A program made the position numbers and the translations under genes. Shown here piece by piece: positions 63,301 through 64,000 of a DNA stretch of 64,000 nt (within the stretch, counting starts at the first letter, position 1; each line of letters starts with the position of its first letter). The notes under the pieces are model-generated. The model did no database searches, was not told the DNA's origin, and worked only from the letters and a program-made list of their open reading frames with translations. Origin of the DNA: Gekko japonicus (taxonomy: Eukaryota); assembly GCF_001447785.1 (NCBI RefSeq), contig NW_015174282.1, forward strand, positions 997,830-1,061,829, written 5' to 3'.

Positions 63301-63624
63301 AATCATTACAGAGATAACTGTAGAGATGTGAAGGGGTGATGCCCCCCCCTTTTTGCTGAAGTCTTTTTCCCTCTATTTCCCAGTTGGAAAAAAATAGAAG
63401 CTTGAGGAAGCACTAAAAAAAACCCCACTCTCCTGTAAAATATTTTCTTTTTTGGAATGAGTCAAGTCCTTCCTTAGAAGAGGTCTTACTCAGAATATGT
63501 GCTATGAAGATTTTTATGTAAGGCAGTCTGCAATGTTAGGTAGTTTCTGGGTATACTATAGATATATAAAATATTTTCAAAGATAATTGTTTAAGTGTGA
63601 TTAATTTTGTACACAGGAGGGAAG

Positions 63625-63752
63625 GTGGCATGTTACAGACCAGTTTCATCAGATCTCAGAAGTTAAGCAGGCTTGGGACTTGGATGAGAGACCACCAAGG
63701 AAGACCCTGCAGAGGAAGGCAATGCCTTGAAAGCCCCTTTACACACATACAC
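63625..63752 (+). mobile_element. Internally deleted 5S-derived SINE
   Basis: TCATCAGATCTCAGAAGTTAAGCAG...TTGGATGAGAGACCACCAAGGAAGAC..TGCAGAGGAAGGCAATG|CCTTGAAAGCCCC|TTTACACAC, collinear with 1131-1312. Confidence 0.7.
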
Positions 63753-64000
63753 AGGTGTGGACAGATCATGCCTTATGGTGATTGGCTGTAGCTAGCAAAC
63801 CAGCCAAATTTGGTTAAATGCACTATGTGCCTCAAGAGGAGATCTATACTTGCAGCCCTGGATCTAAAAGCATCCTGAAGCTGTGAATGTGCTCCCAAAC
63901 GTGAAGATGGCTGACCTGACAAACCCTAATGAGCTTTATTGTCTGCTGAGGCAACAATTAAGGACTCCCACTACCTGGCATGATTGGTTATAAAGAATAA

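Noticed and set aside
1-64000. CRISPR arrays, operons or other prokaryotic systems
   Set aside because: Vertebrate intronic DNA with no repeat-spacer arrays or gene-dense organisation.

Overview
This is vertebrate genomic DNA, almost certainly squamate. Sauria SINEs, Squam3-like SINEs, 5S-derived SINEs, CR1/L2/RTE/L1 LINEs and TAGGGTTGCCA MITEs suggest a gecko (inference). The window has no intact protein-coding gene, and nearly every ORF in the track is a chance frame or a decayed transposon frame. A CpG-island promoter at about 4.5-6.2 kb carries a non-coding first exon ending at 4876. It resembles my recollection of the NCOA2 (TIF2/SRC-2) 5' leader and contains a 32-codon uORF. The remaining ~59 kb reads as that gene's large, TE-rich first intron, with one candidate 80-nt cassette exon. 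TE content: two near-full-length decayed CR1 LINEs, an ORF1-only L1 derivative, a non-autonomous Helitron with a 567-bp internal tandem duplication, two solo LTRs, several Harbinger- and hAT-type MITEs (two are near-perfect foldbacks), and L2, RTE, RTE-X and Penelope fragments. I found no clearly new multi-gene system. The best leads are the possibly conserved uORF, the Helitron and the half-L1. All family names come from motif recognition, not database searches.
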